DNA of 51,528 bases, taken from IMG/VR virus record IMGVR_UViG_3300017971_000076, positions 1-51,528 of that record; one strand, given 5' to 3'. The translations under genes were made by a program, and so were the position numbers. The notes below the pieces were generated by a model. That model ran no database searches. It was not told the DNA's origin and was given only the letters and a program-made list of their open reading frames with translations. The DNA comes from a virus. Its lineage: Duplodnaviria > Caudoviricetes. Below, one piece after another: positions 26,623 to 37,037 of this stretch (position 1 is its first letter; every line of letters starts with the position of its first letter).

Positions 26623-27573
26623 TTAACCCCAGCCGGAAAAGCTAACATCTCGACTGTCTACATTGACATACACATACGCCGCTTCATTACTACCGTATGG
26701 CTCGATAGTGAAGCTCTGCTCTGCCTCCTCCTTACTTCCATCATCTCTCGTAATTGTTGCGCTGAAGGTGACACTTACCGTCGCATTCCCACCCTCATTT
26801 GCGTCCAACGTAATCCAGTACACCTTCCCTTCTACTGGAGAATTGCAGGTTGCAGTGATTGTTGTGTAAGTAGCTGTGCATGTGAACTCGCTAATGTCGT
26901 CATACGTACTGTCGTCCGACCACCAAGACGGGTCGGCGTCACCATACTTCACGGCACCAAATTGCGGCCAATCAACTTGCTCTGGAGACGGTGTACGTGA
27001 GACCTTAATACGGAACTTTGGGTTCGATGGCTTGCCGATTGAGTGGCCCGTCAATTCGAGCGCGACAACAATCGAACTTATCGGCGACAAGGCAACTTCA
27101 GCCGCTATCGGAATCTCTCCTTCAGTCTCGACGGCATTTCCGAATACATCCCCGTCTGACACAAGCAACACGACGCTATCGCCAACATGCTCCACGCCGA
27201 TATTGAAATAAAACGATGGCTCATTACCCCAGAAGTCGTCGCCAAGGTCAGAGTAATCCTTCGTTACTGAATCCGCATACTCGCCGGCAGGCTCCTCCTT
27301 TAATTGCACGGTCGCTCCAGTACTCTTTAGAGTTGCCGACCATACCTGGCTGCCAGTAGGCTCTATTGTTCCGTAATCTTCATGGTCAGTAAGCTTCCCA
27401 GTAATGCCTGTCACTTGAGTCCCGGGCACAACATACTGCGGTACAGTAAGGGCTATACCGTAATCTGGCGTATACCCCGGCGGATTCGGCCCAGGAAACG
27501 ACCAATCTCCCCAGCCCGGCGGCACGTCGAGCGACGACTCATCAGCGACTTTGGCGACGTATGCTCCAGCCAT
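26623..27573 (-). CDS. Putative tail-associated acidic beta-rich protein
   Basis: TGATG-coupled to tail fibre; Ser/Thr/Asp-rich. Confidence 0.6.
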   Translation of the reverse strand: MAGAYVAKVADESSLDVPPGWGDWSFPGPNPPGYTPDYGIALTVPQYVVPGTQVTGITGKLTDHEDYGTIEPTGSQVWSATLKSTGATVQLKEEPAGEYADSVTKDYSDLGDDFWGNEPSFYFNIGVEHVGDSVVLLVSDGDVFGNAVETEGEIPIAAEVALSPISSIVVALELTGHSIGKPSNPKFRIKVSRTPSPEQVDWPQFGAVKYGDADPSWWSDDSTYDDISEFTCTATYTTITATCNSPVEGKVYWITLDANEGGNATVSVTFSATITRDDGSKEEAEQSFTIEPYGSNEAAYVYVNVDSRDVSFSGWG

Positions 27574-30500
27574 CAGTTCTGAATGTGCGCCTCCACGTTA
27601 CCTGTGCTATTGGCGGTCGGGTTAAAGTTCGTCCCGTTGTTCGATACGGTCGCAGAGTTGGCCTGCACGATCGACCCGATACTCGCGTAGATTCCGGTGC
27701 CCGTGTTGTACGTTACTTTCGTGTCCGCCGTCTTCGCTTCCACGGCCGACAATAAGCGGAAGATCATCCCGTACCCGGTGTTCCCGCTGCACACGCAAGC
27801 CTTGGCGATTACGTTACCCTGCGTGGCGTCGATTCCGTTACCGGGCGACCCCGAGAAGACCGCCCACGGCACCCGCGCGCTACCGTAGTACACCCGCAAG
27901 TTGTAAGTCGCTGCACCACAAGCCTTTACGTAGTCGCCGTACAGGTTGCCGTCCGGATTGACGTTGATCCCGATATCAAAGCCAACCACGCCGAACGCCG
28001 ATCCGAGCCCAGCATGCGCCCGTTCAGTAACGTCCAGGCCGGTTGTGCTCGCAGTACTGTCACCGACCAGAACCATCTTATTCAATGAGCCGATCGAATA
28101 GCCTTGACTCACGGTCATGCCGTCGTAGCCGGAATAGTCCAGGATCGTCTTGACGATCGTGACAGTTCCGGCGACCGCCCCACTCGGCGCAGACGTGTGC
28201 TTGTGTGTCGTGAGGACCGTGATTCGCGTGTTGACCGCATCGACATTCGTGATTTTCCAAACCCCGGCAAGCGTCTCCGGTCGCGTTCCGCCAGACACAT
28301 CGTACGGCACCAGTAAGTAATCATTGACCGCCGCGTTCGACACGTCAGACACATTCAAAACCACCGACCACGCGCCGGCCGCACCGGCCGAACTCTGAAT
28401 CGAAGACAACGTAATGTCGTATGTGTTCTCGCCAGTAATTGTGATGTTATCGCCCATTACATGGTCGAACGAAGCTGTTCCGGCCGTGAGCGTATAGGTG
28501 CCGTCACCCAATTGAATCGTAACCGTCGCACCCACAATCATCGAACTGGAAATCTCACTCATCGCCTTGTCGATCGTCGCCCAGGGGTCGCCGGACGAGC
28601 CGTCTCCGGTCGTATCGTTGCCGCTCGTGGAGATGTAATAAGTCGTGTTCGTTGTGATAGCACCCTGGCATCCGAGGGCCGTGTGGGTAGCGAGCGTATG
28701 GTCCGTGAGTACGTTCGCGATCGTGTTCGGCAATGACAGGTGTTCAGCCGCTACGTAATCCGAGAACCCGTCGTGGTGTGCTCCACCATCCATTGCGGCC
28801 CCGGCCGCCGTCACATTCGTCGTGTCCGTCACATCAGCCGAGGCTTCAATAGTGTCTAGCTTCGCGCCGTCGACCGAAAGGTCGCGCCCGTCGATCGTGA
28901 CCAGCGCGTCGACCGTCAGATTGCCGGTCAGGTTCCGCGTTCCATCCGCCAGCAGATAGATCGTGTGGTCGTCGTCCCCGACCCCGTTAAGCGAACCGTG
29001 GTCGATCTCGCTATCGTTCGTGGTGAGCGTGATATAGTCGCCACCATCCGTGTACGTAAGCCCGGTGCCCGTCCGTAGTACGCCATCATTCGAGGCGGCC
29101 CCCAGGTAGTCGGCCGTTGCACTCGAATCGACTGCCGCCTTTCCGATCGCATCGTATGCCGCGTCCCAATTCGCCGGAGTCACCGATGTGGTAGAGTACC
29201 CCGTGGACCGCAAAATCTTCCCGTTATCGCGCGTCCCAATGACCGAGATGTCATTTTCAAGGTAGGCCGCGCTCAGGATACCGGCCGCACTACCTTGCTG
29301 CCCAAGATTCGTCCAAGTCATCCCGTCGTCCGTCGACACATGGACGCGCCCGGAGTCATTGAAGCCGGCAATCAACACGGTTCCCGTGTAGGTAAAATAG
29401 CCAAACTTCGTCTCCGATCCGACCTGTCCCTCGTCGGTCCACGTCGCACCCCAGTCCGTTGATTTAAGGAGCTTCCCGCCGTTGCCGGTCCCAGCCAACA
29501 CCGTACCGCTCCCGAGATACACGAAGCACCGAACACCAGCCACGCCATGCTGCTGTCCAAGGTCGGACCACGTTGCACCATAATCAGTCGATCGAAAGAC
29601 CTTGCCAGTAATCGTTGTCCCGGCGAGAGCAATCCCGCTCCCAAGGTAGATTATCGAGTACACCTGAGTAGATGTACCGGAGTCCGGCGAACCAAGGTCG
29701 CTCCATGTGGCCCCAGAGTCAGTGGACCGCAGAATCTTACCGCTGGCCGACGTGCCCGCAATCACGATCCCACTGCCGCAATCCGCGATACAGTAAATCC
29801 AGGAGCAACTGTGCTGCTGCCCCAGGTCGCTCCAAGTCGCGCCTGAGTCTGTCGACCGTACGATATGGCCGTTCGAGCCTGTCCCACCTACAACAATCTC
29901 GCCCCCAAGGTTGCATAGACTACGAACTGAAGTCTCGCCCGTGGCTTGTTGTCCGAGATTAGACCACGTTGCCCCGTAATCAGTAGACCGGAGTACGTAA
30001 CCGCCAGCATACGTCCCGGCTAACGCGACTCCGCTGCCGACATATTCCAGGCACCAAACCTTGGTCTGGCTATACATCGTGCCAAGGTCGGTCCACGCTG
30101 TTCCCGTGTCACTTGACCAAAGATACGGTTCTGCTCCATGGTCGCCCCAGCCGTATGCCTCATCTAGCAGTAGACCATCGGCGGAGATGTCCCGGCCGTC
30201 GATTGTGATTCCGGCGTCCACGGACAGGTCGCCCGTCAGATTGCGGGAGCCGTCCGCGAGTAGGTACTGTGTATGATCGTCGTCCGTCAGTCCACCGATC
30301 GAACCGTGGTCGATACCGGATTGATCGAGGCTAAGCGTATCGTCCGTCAGGACGATTGGAGCCGTAACCACAAGGTTCGTGTGTGTCGAAATGTCGATCG
30401 TATCAAGACTAAGTGTATCGTCCGTCAGGATAATCGGAGCCGTAACCGCGAGATTCGTATCGTCAGAGATGTCGATCCCGCTCAAGCTCGCACCGGTGTG

Positions 30501-30815
30501 CGTGTGCCCTGGGTCCGCTCCGCTCGTGACGTTTACACCGCTGATTATCCCGGTCGTCGACAGGTTGTCGTCACCGAAACTGATCGCCCCGGTATCGCTC
30601 GTTATAGCCGCGCCGTTGATCGTGATGTTATCGACCGTCAGCAGCGTTAAGGCAGTCAACTCCGTGCCCCAGGCCGGAGTCGAACCGACGCCCGCGCCGA
30701 CAAGTACCTCGCCCGACGCACCATCCGTCAGGATGCTCGTGTCCTCAGCGGCGCGCTGGAACGCCTGGCGAACCTCGGTCGGCACGTTCGGATGTGGGAT
30801 GCGACGGCGCACCAT
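27573..30815 (-). CDS. Tail fibre/receptor-binding protein with BNR/Asp-box propeller and C-terminal beta-helix
   Basis: Repeated RSTDxGATWxDLG; YYISTSGND.TGDGS...PWATI start of right-handed beta-helix. Confidence 0.85.
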   Translation of the reverse strand: MVRRRIPHPNVPTEVRQAFQRAAEDTSILTDGASGEVLVGAGVGSTPAWGTELTALTLLTVDNITINGAAITSDTGAISFGDDNLSTTGIISGVNVTSGADPGHTHTGASLSGIDISDDTNLAVTAPIILTDDTLSLDTIDISTHTNLVVTAPIVLTDDTLSLDQSGIDHGSIGGLTDDDHTQYLLADGSRNLTGDLSVDAGITIDGRDISADGLLLDEAYGWGDHGAEPYLWSSDTGTAWTDLGTMYSQTKVWCLEYVGSGVALAGTYAGGYVLRSTDYGATWSNLGQQATGETSVRSLCNLGGEIVVGGTGSNGHIVRSTDSGATWSDLGQQHSCSWIYCIADCGSGIVIAGTSASGKILRSTDSGATWSDLGSPDSGTSTQVYSIIYLGSGIALAGTTITGKVFRSTDYGATWSDLGQQHGVAGVRCFVYLGSGTVLAGTGNGGKLLKSTDWGATWTDEGQVGSETKFGYFTYTGTVLIAGFNDSGRVHVSTDDGMTWTNLGQQGSAAGILSAAYLENDISVIGTRDNGKILRSTGYSTTSVTPANWDAAYDAIGKAAVDSSATADYLGAASNDGVLRTGTGLTYTDGGDYITLTTNDSEIDHGSLNGVGDDDHTIYLLADGTRNLTGNLTVDALVTIDGRDLSVDGAKLDTIEASADVTDTTNVTAAGAAMDGGAHHDGFSDYVAAEHLSLPNTIANVLTDHTLATHTALGCQGAITTNTTYYISTSGNDTTGDGSSGDPWATIDKAMSEISSSMIVGATVTIQLGDGTYTLTAGTASFDHVMGDNITITGENTYDITLSSIQSSAGAAGAWSVVLNVSDVSNAAVNDYLLVPYDVSGGTRPETLAGVWKITNVDAVNTRITVLTTHKHTSAPSGAVAGTVTIVKTILDYSGYDGMTVSQGYSIGSLNKMVLVGDSTASTTGLDVTERAHAGLGSAFGVVGFDIGINVNPDGNLYGDYVKACGAATYNLRVYYGSARVPWAVFSGSPGNGIDATQGNVIAKACVCSGNTGYGMIFRLLSAVEAKTADTKVTYNTGTGIYASIGSIVQANSATVSNNGTNFNPTANSTGNVEAHIQN

Positions 30816-33154
30816 CAGGCAACCCTCCGCCGGCCAGAGTTAATCACATCCATTGTGGACTGCTCGTATGCCCAGGCCCGGCCCGAGGTCCCCGTGATTC
30901 TCAAGATCGCGGCCTGACCGCGCCCTAGCCGACGAACCGAACTATTAAGCCCACCGCTCCAAGTCCCCGAGGCTACCGACGAGGCCGAGGTCGCCCCCTC
31001 GAAAGTCGTCGCCGGACGAATCGACCACGTTACGTCAGCACTATCGGCGGCAAGCACACCATCCAGGGAAAGAATCGTCCCGAAAGTCCCATCTGCCGCC
31101 AGTGGAATCGGGCCGATCTCAACGTATGACGCAAAGGCCGTCCCGCAATCGTTTTCGGCGAGCCCAGAAAACCTCCGGAGATAACCGTCGCGGCCGCCCA
31201 ATATAACCGCCGAATCTTCAACATTCGTGCCCTGGAGCGCGCAGGCCGCTAAGGGCTCGTGGCTCGACGAATGTGTAATGGGCCAGAACGTCTTGTTCGT
31301 CCAATCGAACCAGTAGTGCGTCCTAGCATTCGATGAATCCGGCGACAGAAAGATATGGACGCCATGGTTCTCTGTGTCGAATTCCAGGAGTACGGTAGTC
31401 GTCTCCGGTTGCAGGTTCTTAAACTCCTCCGGCAGCACTTCCCGTGATAACGGAATCGGCTCCGAATTCCCGCCGGGCGGCAAGGCGTATAAGCCGTCCA
31501 AAGTCAGGAAGATCAACTCTCCGGCCGGGCCGATACACCGAGCCTCCGGGCCGATGATCCCGACTGTGTGACTGACCGAATCCAGGTCCGGCGCGTACAC
31601 CGGGTCGCCGCGCATCATCCAGACTTCAGTGCGACAGCCCAGAATCAGGTAGTCGTCGCTGTGCGCGATCAGCGAGGTCAGCGGGTCGCCCGGCGTCCCG
31701 GCTTCGGAAGCCGTACCGGCCACGGCCCGCTGACTGTCGGTCTGCGAATAGTCCCAATCGTCCTCATCACTCTGCCGGGCCGCATACCAGACGTGTGGGG
31801 CCGTGTCCGCGCCACCGAGGATAATCCGGTCCAAGAACCTGGTAATCAGCGGACAGCCGGTCGGCACCTGTAATGTCGGGGCACCCTCTGCCGTAAGAAT
31901 CGACAGCGTTCCGGCACTCGGGTCATAGACCTTCGGAGCGCGCTCTACCCTGTACGTACAAGTCCCGTCACCTGGGGCCGAGGTCAGTGTGAGTGCCCCG
32001 GCCGCGATCGACGAAATTTTGTATGTCCCCGCCACTGTCGCACCACCGACGTTCGACACGACCACTACGTCGTCATACGCGCTGATGGAGTGGGCCGTCC
32101 AATCGGACACGCTTGCCGCGTCCAGATCGCTGCCGCTCACCGTCCCGTCCGTGCCCGTCACCCGGAGCCCGTAGTCCGCGATATACAATTTCTGCCCGGA
32201 CTGTACGCATTGCAGGCCCACGTCACTCCGGAGCGTCAGATTCGTGGACAACTCCGTCATAGTGCCATAGGTGTCCTCGTAATACAGCTTCCCGCCCGCC
32301 GAGCCCACGAGCATCGTGCGTGAGCCGCTGAGTGTGCTGGTCGAGAAATACTGGACCCGGAACGTGTTGACCAGACAGATGCCGCCGCTCTCTGTACACT
32401 CCATCCCGAACCCGACGCGGGCGCCCGTATGGGCGTCGACCGTCCCGGAAAGGATTTTCGTGCCGTGCCAATACACATCCACGTCATTGCCGCTCACGAC
32501 CGCCGAGAGCCACCCCGGGGCCGGTGTCGTAATTGTGCCCGTATCCGAGTCAGTAGTCGTCGCGACCGAGCCGGTATAGGACTTCAGCGTCCCGGACCAC
32601 GAGCCGTCCGAGCCAGTCATGGTCAGTTCGATTTGCACGCCGTCCGTTGCGTAGGCCGGCGTCGTATTATCGAGCCGCAGATAGAGCCGATACTTCCCGT
32701 GGAATGCGTTACTGTACGGCGCGATGAACATCTCGACCGTGTACGCGCTGGTCGTGTCGATCGACAGGGCGTCCCGAACCACTTCGCCCTCGCTCGTGGC
32801 ATAGCTGATTGACGCCATTGCGGACGGCAGGATGTCCGGCGTGTCCGACGCCCACGACGCCTGGGCCCAGGCCGCCGCCAATGAGGAGCCCGCGAAGTTG
32901 TCGCTCCATGCCGTGAAGTTGTCCCCCAGCGCGAGCGTCATGGGGTAGAGCATCCGCACGTCCGACCCGAGGTCCGTGATGTGCGACTTAATGAGCCCTG
33001 GCCGGCTGCCGCCGCGCATCCGCTCCTCAAACGTACCGATCGGCCAGACATTCGACATGTCCGGCGAGGTATAGGGCTTTTGCTGCCTAAAGGCAGCCCG
33101 ACGGTTCAAACCGGCCAGCGGGAACGGAATTCGGAGACGCCGCTTTTTAGCCAT
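30815..33154 (-). CDS. Tail stabilisation/nozzle protein (P22 gp10 / T7 gp12-like)
   Basis: 779 aa beta-rich; N-term IPFPLAGLN; position and size. Confidence 0.7.
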   Translation of the reverse strand: MAKKRRLRIPFPLAGLNRRAAFRQQKPYTSPDMSNVWPIGTFEERMRGGSRPGLIKSHITDLGSDVRMLYPMTLALGDNFTAWSDNFAGSSLAAAWAQASWASDTPDILPSAMASISYATSEGEVVRDALSIDTTSAYTVEMFIAPYSNAFHGKYRLYLRLDNTTPAYATDGVQIELTMTGSDGSWSGTLKSYTGSVATTTDSDTGTITTPAPGWLSAVVSGNDVDVYWHGTKILSGTVDAHTGARVGFGMECTESGGICLVNTFRVQYFSTSTLSGSRTMLVGSAGGKLYYEDTYGTMTELSTNLTLRSDVGLQCVQSGQKLYIADYGLRVTGTDGTVSGSDLDAASVSDWTAHSISAYDDVVVVSNVGGATVAGTYKISSIAAGALTLTSAPGDGTCTYRVERAPKVYDPSAGTLSILTAEGAPTLQVPTGCPLITRFLDRIILGGADTAPHVWYAARQSDEDDWDYSQTDSQRAVAGTASEAGTPGDPLTSLIAHSDDYLILGCRTEVWMMRGDPVYAPDLDSVSHTVGIIGPEARCIGPAGELIFLTLDGLYALPPGGNSEPIPLSREVLPEEFKNLQPETTTVLLEFDTENHGVHIFLSPDSSNARTHYWFDWTNKTFWPITHSSSHEPLAACALQGTNVEDSAVILGGRDGYLRRFSGLAENDCGTAFASYVEIGPIPLAADGTFGTILSLDGVLAADSADVTWSIRPATTFEGATSASSVASGTWSGGLNSSVRRLGRGQAAILRITGTSGRAWAYEQSTMDVINSGRRRVA

Positions 33155-33692
33155 CGCTAACTACTTCCGCCTTCTTTAAGTAGGCCAAGAGTCTTTCCAC
33201 CAATTCAGGGCCATCACCAAGAAGCCCGACTGCCTTATTGCACTTCCCGCACAACCAACCACGAAACTCGCCCGTCTCGTGGTCGTGGTCCATATTCAAT
33301 TTCTGAGTACATTCCTCTTCTGGTACTCCGCAAACGAAACACTTACCAGTAAATGAAGCCAGCAATTCATCTACTGTAGCTATGCATGGTGTATGCCCAT
33401 CTTTACGGGCAGCCCCAATGGACCTATAGAGCTTCGCCTTCATGCGCGCTACGGGATCGTGTCTTCTGGCGGCATCCCTTTTCTTTTGATACTTCCTTTT
33501 TGCTCTGTTGCGTACTTCAGGATTAGCAAGGAAATACTCTCTTGATTTCTTAGTGCGACAGCTACGACGTGCACTCAAAAGACCGAAGCTCCCGTCTTTT
33601 CTTTTCGTTGCCTTGCCAAATTCACACGCATCCTTAACTACCCCGCACATTGTGCATTTCTTGGGCTGCGTTTCGTCAATTCTCCTTGCCAT
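33147..33692 (-). CDS. Endonuclease VII-like (His-Me finger) homing endonuclease
   Basis: CFVCG...DHDHETGEFRGWLCGKCNKAVG signature; ATG 33692. Confidence 0.88.
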   Translation of the reverse strand: MARRIDETQPKKCTMCGVVKDACEFGKATKRKDGSFGLLSARRSCRTKKSREYFLANPEVRNRAKRKYQKKRDAARRHDPVARMKAKLYRSIGAARKDGHTPCIATVDELLASFTGKCFVCGVPEEECTQKLNMDHDHETGEFRGWLCGKCNKAVGLLGDGPELVERLLAYLKKAEVVSDG

Positions 33693-33702
33693 ATATCTAC
33701 CC

Positions 33703-33743
33703 AAAAGAAACCCGACGGCCCCGCACAACGCTGGACCGCCGGG
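33703..33743 (-). terminator. Intrinsic terminator-like hairpin
   Basis: 11-bp GC stem with G-U pairs followed by TTTCTTTT on minus strand. Confidence 0.6.
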
Positions 33744-33764
33744 GTGTCATTCTTAGCCAGCGCG

Positions 33765-34217
33765 TCAGTCGATCACTTCCTTCGGCGCGCCATCCTCATT
33801 CCGTAAAAACTCTTCGTCGTTCTCGATCTCGCCTTCCGGCAGGAAGAACATATCCAGCGCGAGAAGGTCCTGGGGCGTGAGCGCAGTCGCATCCGATTCG
33901 ATCAGGCTGTCCAGAACCTCGGCCAGTCGCATCGGAGCCAGGGCCACGTCACACTCCGTCACCATGATCTCGGCATTCTGCCGCTGGAACTCGGCGTACA
34001 TCTCCGTGCCTTCCTCGATTCTGGCCGGCTCGCCGGGCTTGGTGCCTGTGAGGTCACGGATCAGCGCATCACGCTGCTGCGTCACTAGATCGCACTCCTC
34101 GCCGATCATTTTCGCGTACTTCGCTACCTCATACGCAGCCTTTGGCTTCATCCGCAATGCAACCAGCCGACGCCAGGCGCCCAAAGAATTCAGCAGCAAA
34201 CCGAAAGTCGTCTTCAT
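33765..34217 (-). CDS. Hypothetical protein (possible fibre chaperone)
   Basis: GAGGAG RBS; follows fibre-like gene. Confidence 0.65.
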   Translation of the reverse strand: MKTTFGLLLNSLGAWRRLVALRMKPKAAYEVAKYAKMIGEECDLVTQQRDALIRDLTGTKPGEPARIEEGTEMYAEFQRQNAEIMVTECDVALAPMRLAEVLDSLIESDATALTPQDLLALDMFFLPEGEIENDEEFLRNEDGAPKEVID

Positions 34218-34235
34218 ACGTCTCTCCTCGAAACA

Positions 34236-34280
34236 GGAAAAAGGGGGCCCGGTGCCTCGCGCTCAACACGAGGCACCGGG
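34236..34280 (-). terminator. Intrinsic terminator-like hairpin
   Basis: CCCGGTGCCTCG/CGAGGCACCGGG 12-bp stem then CCCCCTTTTT. Confidence 0.65.
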
Positions 34281-34293
34281 TACAGAACCTTAA

Positions 34294-36348
34294 TTACGTA
34301 CCAAGTCCCTCAGCGGCGTAAACCGGAATGTACCCCGGCGTACCGTTGATATCCACACGAATTACATGAGACACGTTGCCAGTCGGCGTGACTGCATTTG
34401 CCTTAATGCCATTCGTATAACCGGAATCTGCCGCGGCAAATCCAAGGACATTATCGGCCCCGTCAACATACAATGCCGAACCCCAAAGGTCACCGCGCTG
34501 ATCGGTAGCCGTAGCAACGAACGCCGCCAGTACGCCGGTCTGCGTAACCGTATAGGCGCCAGTGGTATTCAACTCGGCGTACACACCAGCCAAGTAACCT
34601 TGAGCGATAGTCAGATCGCCGCCAACTTCCGTGCGAGCACGGACAGCACAGGCCGCGTGTCGAGCGTCATTCAGTCCGAGGTCATTTGCGCCGGCCATCT
34701 CCAGATAGGCATACATGCCCGCAAGATAGTCGCCGTCGAAATCAACGTCGCCGACAAGTTTCGTCTGAGCGCACATACTTGCCAGCGACAATGCGCCGGT
34801 GTGCTCGGCGATAACCGCCAGCCTAGACAGTACGCCGCGCCGGTTCCCAGTCAGAGCCGAACCGCCATCGTCACTATGGAAACGATTCGCAGCCGTAGCT
34901 CCACCAAGTGAAATACCGCTACCGGCCGTATTAGCATGCTTGCCAACGTAGATGCCGGTCGTACAACCAGCCGCGTCAGCCCAAAATGCCTTCGGCCACT
35001 TAGTCGTACCGCCAGAGATATTTGCCATAAAGGCCGCCATCTCGCCGGTCTCGGTGTACGTCCGTGTTGAATTCAAGGTTGCCTCAAACCCAGAATAATA
35101 CGAACTCGCCGAAATGGTTGTCGTGCCGGACGCCCCCTCCTCGATAGCAGCCCGGATGCCAGCCACATGCCCCGCAAGAGTTCTCGCGCCAGTACCGGCA
35201 AGCTCAAGGTAGCCCGTAATAGGCGACGATACTGAGCTAGTATTCGAGATGTCAATCCCGTCGTTCGCCTTCAACTGACCACGCAAAGCGTTGATCGTGA
35301 TGGCGTTCGACTGGTCAATTGTCAGGCACACACGGGAAAGAGTGGCCCGATAATCAGCAGCATCTAACGCAGCACCAGCATCGTCAAACAAGAAACTGAC
35401 TGGTCGATTGTTTCCGCTAGCGAGCGTGACACCTTTACTGGCCGAACTAGAATAGGTGCCAGTTTGTACCACCTTTCCGGTGAACGCATCACAAGAACCG
35501 AGAATCACATCAGCGCCACTCAGGCCGACGTAAAGGCCGTACTGCCAACTGGAAGTCCCGCTGGAAATGTCCGCCAAAAACGCAGCAGTAATACCACTGC
35601 CCCCATACGTCCTTGTCGAATTCAGCGTAGCCTCAAAGCCAGCAAGATACGTCCCGACGGTCGTAGTACCGGACGCCCCTTCCTCAAGGGCGGCACGAAC
35701 ACAAGCCACATGGCCGTTAAGCGTTCTGGCTCCAGTGCCGGCCAGTTCGAGGTAGCCAGTGAACGGCGAAACTACTGAACTCGCGCTAGACACGTCAATG
35801 CCATCAAGCCCCTTGATCTGCGCTCGCATAGCGTTCAAGGTAATGGCATTGCTTTGGTCTTTCGTTAGCAGCACGCGAGACAGCGCGGCACGATAATCAG
35901 CAGCCCCCAGCGCGGCCCCAGCATCATCGAACAAGAAACTAACAGGCCGATTGTTGGTACTCAGTAAAGTGACGCCGTTACTTGCAGTGCTCGAATACGT
36001 TCCAGTCTCAATCACCTTTCGCGTACAGGCAGCCACCACTTCCTCGTAGCTATCGCCGTCCGCAGTAAGAAGTGTCCCGGCCGCATACGCAACAGAACCA
36101 ACGTCGCCAAGATCCGATAACTCCATTGAACCAGGCGGAATCACGGCGTTGAAATCACAACTCGTAACCGACCCCTCATTCACATAGAGGGCCGTTTCCG
36201 CACCGCCGTCCGTATGCTGGAAGATACACCCTGTCTGATAGCCGTCCGTCCCGTCCGTAGGAACAGTAGCTCCAGAACTAAACAACATCCCACGATTATC
36301 AACAATCGGAGGATTCATACGCAGCAGACTACAAACACGATCAATCAT
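34294..36348 (-). CDS. Virion fibre/appendage-like protein with internal triplicated domain
   Basis: Gly/Ala/Thr/Ser-rich; two near-identical ~170-aa repeats plus a diverged third; C-term GYIPVY. Confidence 0.7.
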   Translation of the reverse strand: MIDRVCSLLRMNPPIVDNRGMLFSSGATVPTDGTDGYQTGCIFQHTDGGAETALYVNEGSVTSCDFNAVIPPGSMELSDLGDVGSVAYAAGTLLTADGDSYEEVVAACTRKVIETGTYSSTASNGVTLLSTNNRPVSFLFDDAGAALGAADYRAALSRVLLTKDQSNAITLNAMRAQIKGLDGIDVSSASSVVSPFTGYLELAGTGARTLNGHVACVRAALEEGASGTTTVGTYLAGFEATLNSTRTYGGSGITAAFLADISSGTSSWQYGLYVGLSGADVILGSCDAFTGKVVQTGTYSSSASKGVTLASGNNRPVSFLFDDAGAALDAADYRATLSRVCLTIDQSNAITINALRGQLKANDGIDISNTSSVSSPITGYLELAGTGARTLAGHVAGIRAAIEEGASGTTTISASSYYSGFEATLNSTRTYTETGEMAAFMANISGGTTKWPKAFWADAAGCTTGIYVGKHANTAGSGISLGGATAANRFHSDDGGSALTGNRRGVLSRLAVIAEHTGALSLASMCAQTKLVGDVDFDGDYLAGMYAYLEMAGANDLGLNDARHAACAVRARTEVGGDLTIAQGYLAGVYAELNTTGAYTVTQTGVLAAFVATATDQRGDLWGSALYVDGADNVLGFAAADSGYTNGIKANAVTPTGNVSHVIRVDINGTPGYIPVYAAEGLGT

Positions 36349-36420
36349 TACTCACTGCCCCTTAAACGGAAACCAAAGAACATCCAGCTACCACGCTGCC
36401 CCTTGCGCCCCTCCATGCCG

Positions 36421-36732
36421 TTACGACGTAGGCCACGGACCTGCAAACTGGCCCGGACCACACTCAATCTCTTCCATTGTCTCGTACCCGACAACTGCGT
36501 TGCCGGACGAGATAGCGTTGATCGCCCCGCGGGCCTTCGGGCCCTTCACCTTCACCCAAGCCCCAGGTTCCAGCAGTCCAATGCCGGTCGCGTCCGCGGC
36601 ATCCTCGCCGAACCCGAGGTATACGTCATGGTTGCTCTGAACCTGAATCAGGATATGGTCGCGATTTGCGTCGGCTGCAACTAACTGCTCACTGCCGCCG
36701 CCGCCCGTCAACGTCTTCGTGCCCGCTGCCAT
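36421..36732 (-). CDS. Small structural-type hypothetical protein
   Basis: Beta-rich 103 aa, TAATG coupling. Confidence 0.7.
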   Translation of the reverse strand: MAAGTKTLTGGGGSEQLVAADANRDHILIQVQSNHDVYLGFGEDAADATGIGLLEPGAWVKVKGPKARGAINAISSGNAVVGYETMEEIECGPGQFAGPWPTS

Positions 36733-37037
36733 TATCGCCTCTTTTTCTTCTTCGGTTTTTTTGATTGCGTCAATGCTTCAGTCAGCTTATCCAGGCCGGT
36801 TTTCGGCATTAGTCGTCCACGACGCGATTCTGCCGCCTTGCTTCGCTTCTGTGCCGGGGTCAACGGTTTCGGCTTCTGACTCGATTTACGAGCTTTCCTA
36901 ATGGCCCTCATCGACTGCGACATCTCTTGATTGACCCGCACACGATCCTCGATACGTTTCTGTTCCTCTGGCGTCCTGCGCATGATCGTCGCAGCATTGA
37001 TTGTCTGCTCGCTGTATTTCTTCTTTTTTTTAGCCAC
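36732..37037 (-). CDS. Highly basic hypothetical protein
   Basis: Lys/Arg-rich termini; coupled to neighbours. Confidence 0.6.
   Translation of the reverse strand: MAKKKKKYSEQTINAATIMRRTPEEQKRIEDRVRVNQEMSQSMRAIRKARKSSQKPKPLTPAQKRSKAAESRRGRLMPKTGLDKLTEALTQSKKPKKKKRR

Noticed and set aside
34294-36348. Diversity-generating retroelement TR/VR pair
   Set aside because: Repeats are in-frame protein duplications with largely synonymous divergence, not adenine-specific; no reverse transcriptase is present.
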